From an uncultured Bacilli bacterium (GTDB taxonomy: Bacteria > Bacillota_I > Bacilli_A > RFN20 > CAG-449), in assembly GCA_944332075.1 (NCBI GenBank), contig CALVJL010000001.1, forward strand, positions 3,787-67,786: DNA of 64,000 nt, in the 5' to 3' direction. The first letter of the stretch is position 1. The number at the start of each line of letters is the position of its first letter. This document shows, piece by piece, positions 62,344 through 64,000 of this stretch. The notes beneath the pieces were generated by a model. It made no database searches. It was not told where the DNA came from and worked only from the letters and a program-made list of their open reading frames with translations. Position numbers and translations under genes: made by a program.

Positions 62344-63963
62344 ATGCACAGATTTTAACTTCTTTTGAAAGTATTCTAATGTTTCGCTAATAAGAGATAC
62401 TTCATCCGTGACATAGTCTTCATATTTTTTGACACCGATAAGATAATAATTGTTGATGACATCAGAGAGTTTAGCTAACGACGCATATGGTAATGTATGA
62501 ATAAATTCATGTGTTAATGAGACATCGTTAAGGAAAGCGTTAATTAGATCTTCTTTACCAAGATTACCTTTTTCATATTCTTTATGCACACTTTCGATTA
62601 ATCTTAAACGAGTTAAATCAATCTTTTCTCTTTCTTCATCAAAGAAAATCATCTTATCAAAGAAATCATGGTCATAAAGCGAAATAGCAAAGATTTTGCT
62701 CTCGTTAACCATCAATGAGTAGCCGTGCAGAGAAAGATAGACACCTTCAAGTGAGGTCTTAATTAATGTACGATCAATTTTTTTTGCATCATCAAGACTC
62801 ATTCCGTTACGAATTCCGTTAAATAAAGCAAAATCAGAGGAAAAATAATCGATTTCCATTAATTCATCAACTTCCGAAAATAACAGATAAGCATCGTCTA
62901 ATTTTAAAAGCTTAGTCACTTCATCGCATTCATAGGTTGGACCTTGTTTTAACAAATCTTTTTCTGTTTTACTAAATTTAACTAAAATTTCAGATGCTTT
63001 CTGTCTAAAATGATACTCTTTAACTCCAAGATATGGAATTAAATATTCATTGCAGTCATAAAAGCGTTTTAAATCATTTTTGATGTGTTCTTCATCTAAA
63101 TCTAATTGCTTTTTTAAATCATCAACTGAAGCAAATTTCTTCTCATCGCGAATAAAACTGATAAATGAAACTTCAATTTCTTTGTTATAAATATTTCCAT
63201 TAAAATCAAAGAGATTAACTTCTAAAATTGGAGTTTGAAGTTCATTGATAGTTGGATGCACGCCAATATTTGCCATTCCCATATAATAACGATCATCAAC
63301 TCTAACTAAGACGCTATAAACGCCGAAACGCGGAATGACATAATTACCCATCTCGACATTTGCGGTTGGATAAAGAGAAACAGATCCGACGTGGAATCCC
63401 TTTTCAACTTCGCCACGTATCACATAAAACCGCGATAATAAACTATTCGCATGGTCAATCTCGCCGTTTTCAATATATTTTATTATTTCTCGTGTTGAAA
63501 TTTTTTTCTCACCATCAAGAATCTCTTTAACTTCAACAACTTGATAACGACCTCTGGATAATTTTGCAAGAAGTTCATTGTTACCTTGAGCTTGATAGCC
63601 AAATGAGTAATCCTTTCCGACTATTAATTCTTTAGGATTAAGTTTCATTAAAAGTTCTTCAACAAAATCATCAGAGGAAAGATGTTTTATCTCTTCAGTA
63701 AATTTTAAGACAATTAAATATTCTACGCCTAAGCGTTCAAGAATATTTTTCTTATCTTCGAGGGTTAAAATATTTTTTTTGTTTTTTAATCCGATATCAC
63801 TAGAGAATTCTAAAGTTAAAACAGCTGAATGATATTTAGATTTTAATGCGCGTTTAATTAGTTCTAGGTGTCCTAAATGCAAACCATCAAAATACCCTAA
63901 ACATAGAGATAATTCGTCTTTTATTTTTTTTATATTATCAAGTGAAATATCAATTACTTCCAT
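62341..63963 (-). CDS. ribF: bifunctional riboflavin kinase/FMN adenylyltransferase (RibF) fused to a ~240-aa C-terminal extension of unknown function
   Basis: 540 aa. Residues 1-~300 carry the FAD synthetase (…LGYFDGLHLGHLELI…) and riboflavin kinase (…RGEVEKGFHVG…PTANV…GVHPT…) domains. Residues ~300-540 have no recognisable motif. Confidence 0.85.
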   Translation of the reverse strand: MEVIDISLDNIKKIKDELSLCLGYFDGLHLGHLELIKRALKSKYHSAVLTLEFSSDIGLKNKKNILTLEDKKNILERLGVEYLIVLKFTEEIKHLSSDDFVEELLMKLNPKELIVGKDYSFGYQAQGNNELLAKLSRGRYQVVEVKEILDGEKKISTREIIKYIENGEIDHANSLLSRFYVIRGEVEKGFHVGSVSLYPTANVEMGNYVIPRFGVYSVLVRVDDRYYMGMANIGVHPTINELQTPILEVNLFDFNGNIYNKEIEVSFISFIRDEKKFASVDDLKKQLDLDEEHIKNDLKRFYDCNEYLIPYLGVKEYHFRQKASEILVKFSKTEKDLLKQGPTYECDEVTKLLKLDDAYLLFSEVDELMEIDYFSSDFALFNGIRNGMSLDDAKKIDRTLIKTSLEGVYLSLHGYSLMVNESKIFAISLYDHDFFDKMIFFDEEREKIDLTRLRLIESVHKEYEKGNLGKEDLINAFLNDVSLTHEFIHTLPYASLAKLSDVINNYYLIGVKKYEDYVTDEVSLISETLEYFQKKLKSVH

Positions 63964-64000
63964 TAAAATAAACCTCTTTTCATCTTGTAGATATTGTCAA

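Overview
This window is an AT-rich (about 30% GC by eye) stretch of low-GC Gram-positive / Mollicute-related chromosome (Firmicutes/Erysipelotrichia-like). It uses the standard genetic code, because long intact ORFs end at TAA/TAG/TGA. Gene order is mostly housekeeping and matches Bacillus-type synteny: cls, tRNA-Arg(TCT), uvrC-mutS2, an Fe-alcohol dehydrogenase, the complete F1Fo ATP synthase operon atpIBEFHAGDC, rnhC, ileS-lspA-rluD behind a T-box leader, trmH, glgB-glgP, ackA, a ytpR-trmB-pepV cluster, fmt, a phoPR-phoU-pstBACS phosphate locus with Pho-box-like repeats, rpsT, holA-comEC-comEA, rpsO, pnp, T-box-alaS-ruvX(yqgF)-DUF1292-greA, and ribF. Four lipoproteins carry a Cys followed by a Ser-rich linker, as in Mollicute/Erysipelotrichia lipoproteins. 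I found no CRISPR array, integrase, reverse transcriptase, restriction-modification genes or other recognisable defence module. The unusual material is scattered. (1) A roughly 1 kb non-coding AT-rich scar at the 3' side of tRNA-Arg holds a probable IS3-family orfA N-terminal remnant. (2) A GH-F-like beta-propeller protein and a BspA-type LRR lipoprotein sit between the ileS operon and trmH. (3) An Ntn hydrolase has an acid-ceramidase/NAAA-like pro-domain plus Cys-beta-subunit layout. (4) A DUF2628-SHOCT membrane protein, a small membrane protein and an orphan mreB split the normally contiguous rpsO-pnp pair. (5) A 547-aa lipoprotein has no recognisable domains. (6) RibF carries a roughly 240-aa C-terminal extension of unknown function. 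(7) The ATP synthase epsilon subunit lacks the whole C-terminal regulatory helical domain. None of these can be called a novel system from sequence alone. Each is given below with a concrete test.
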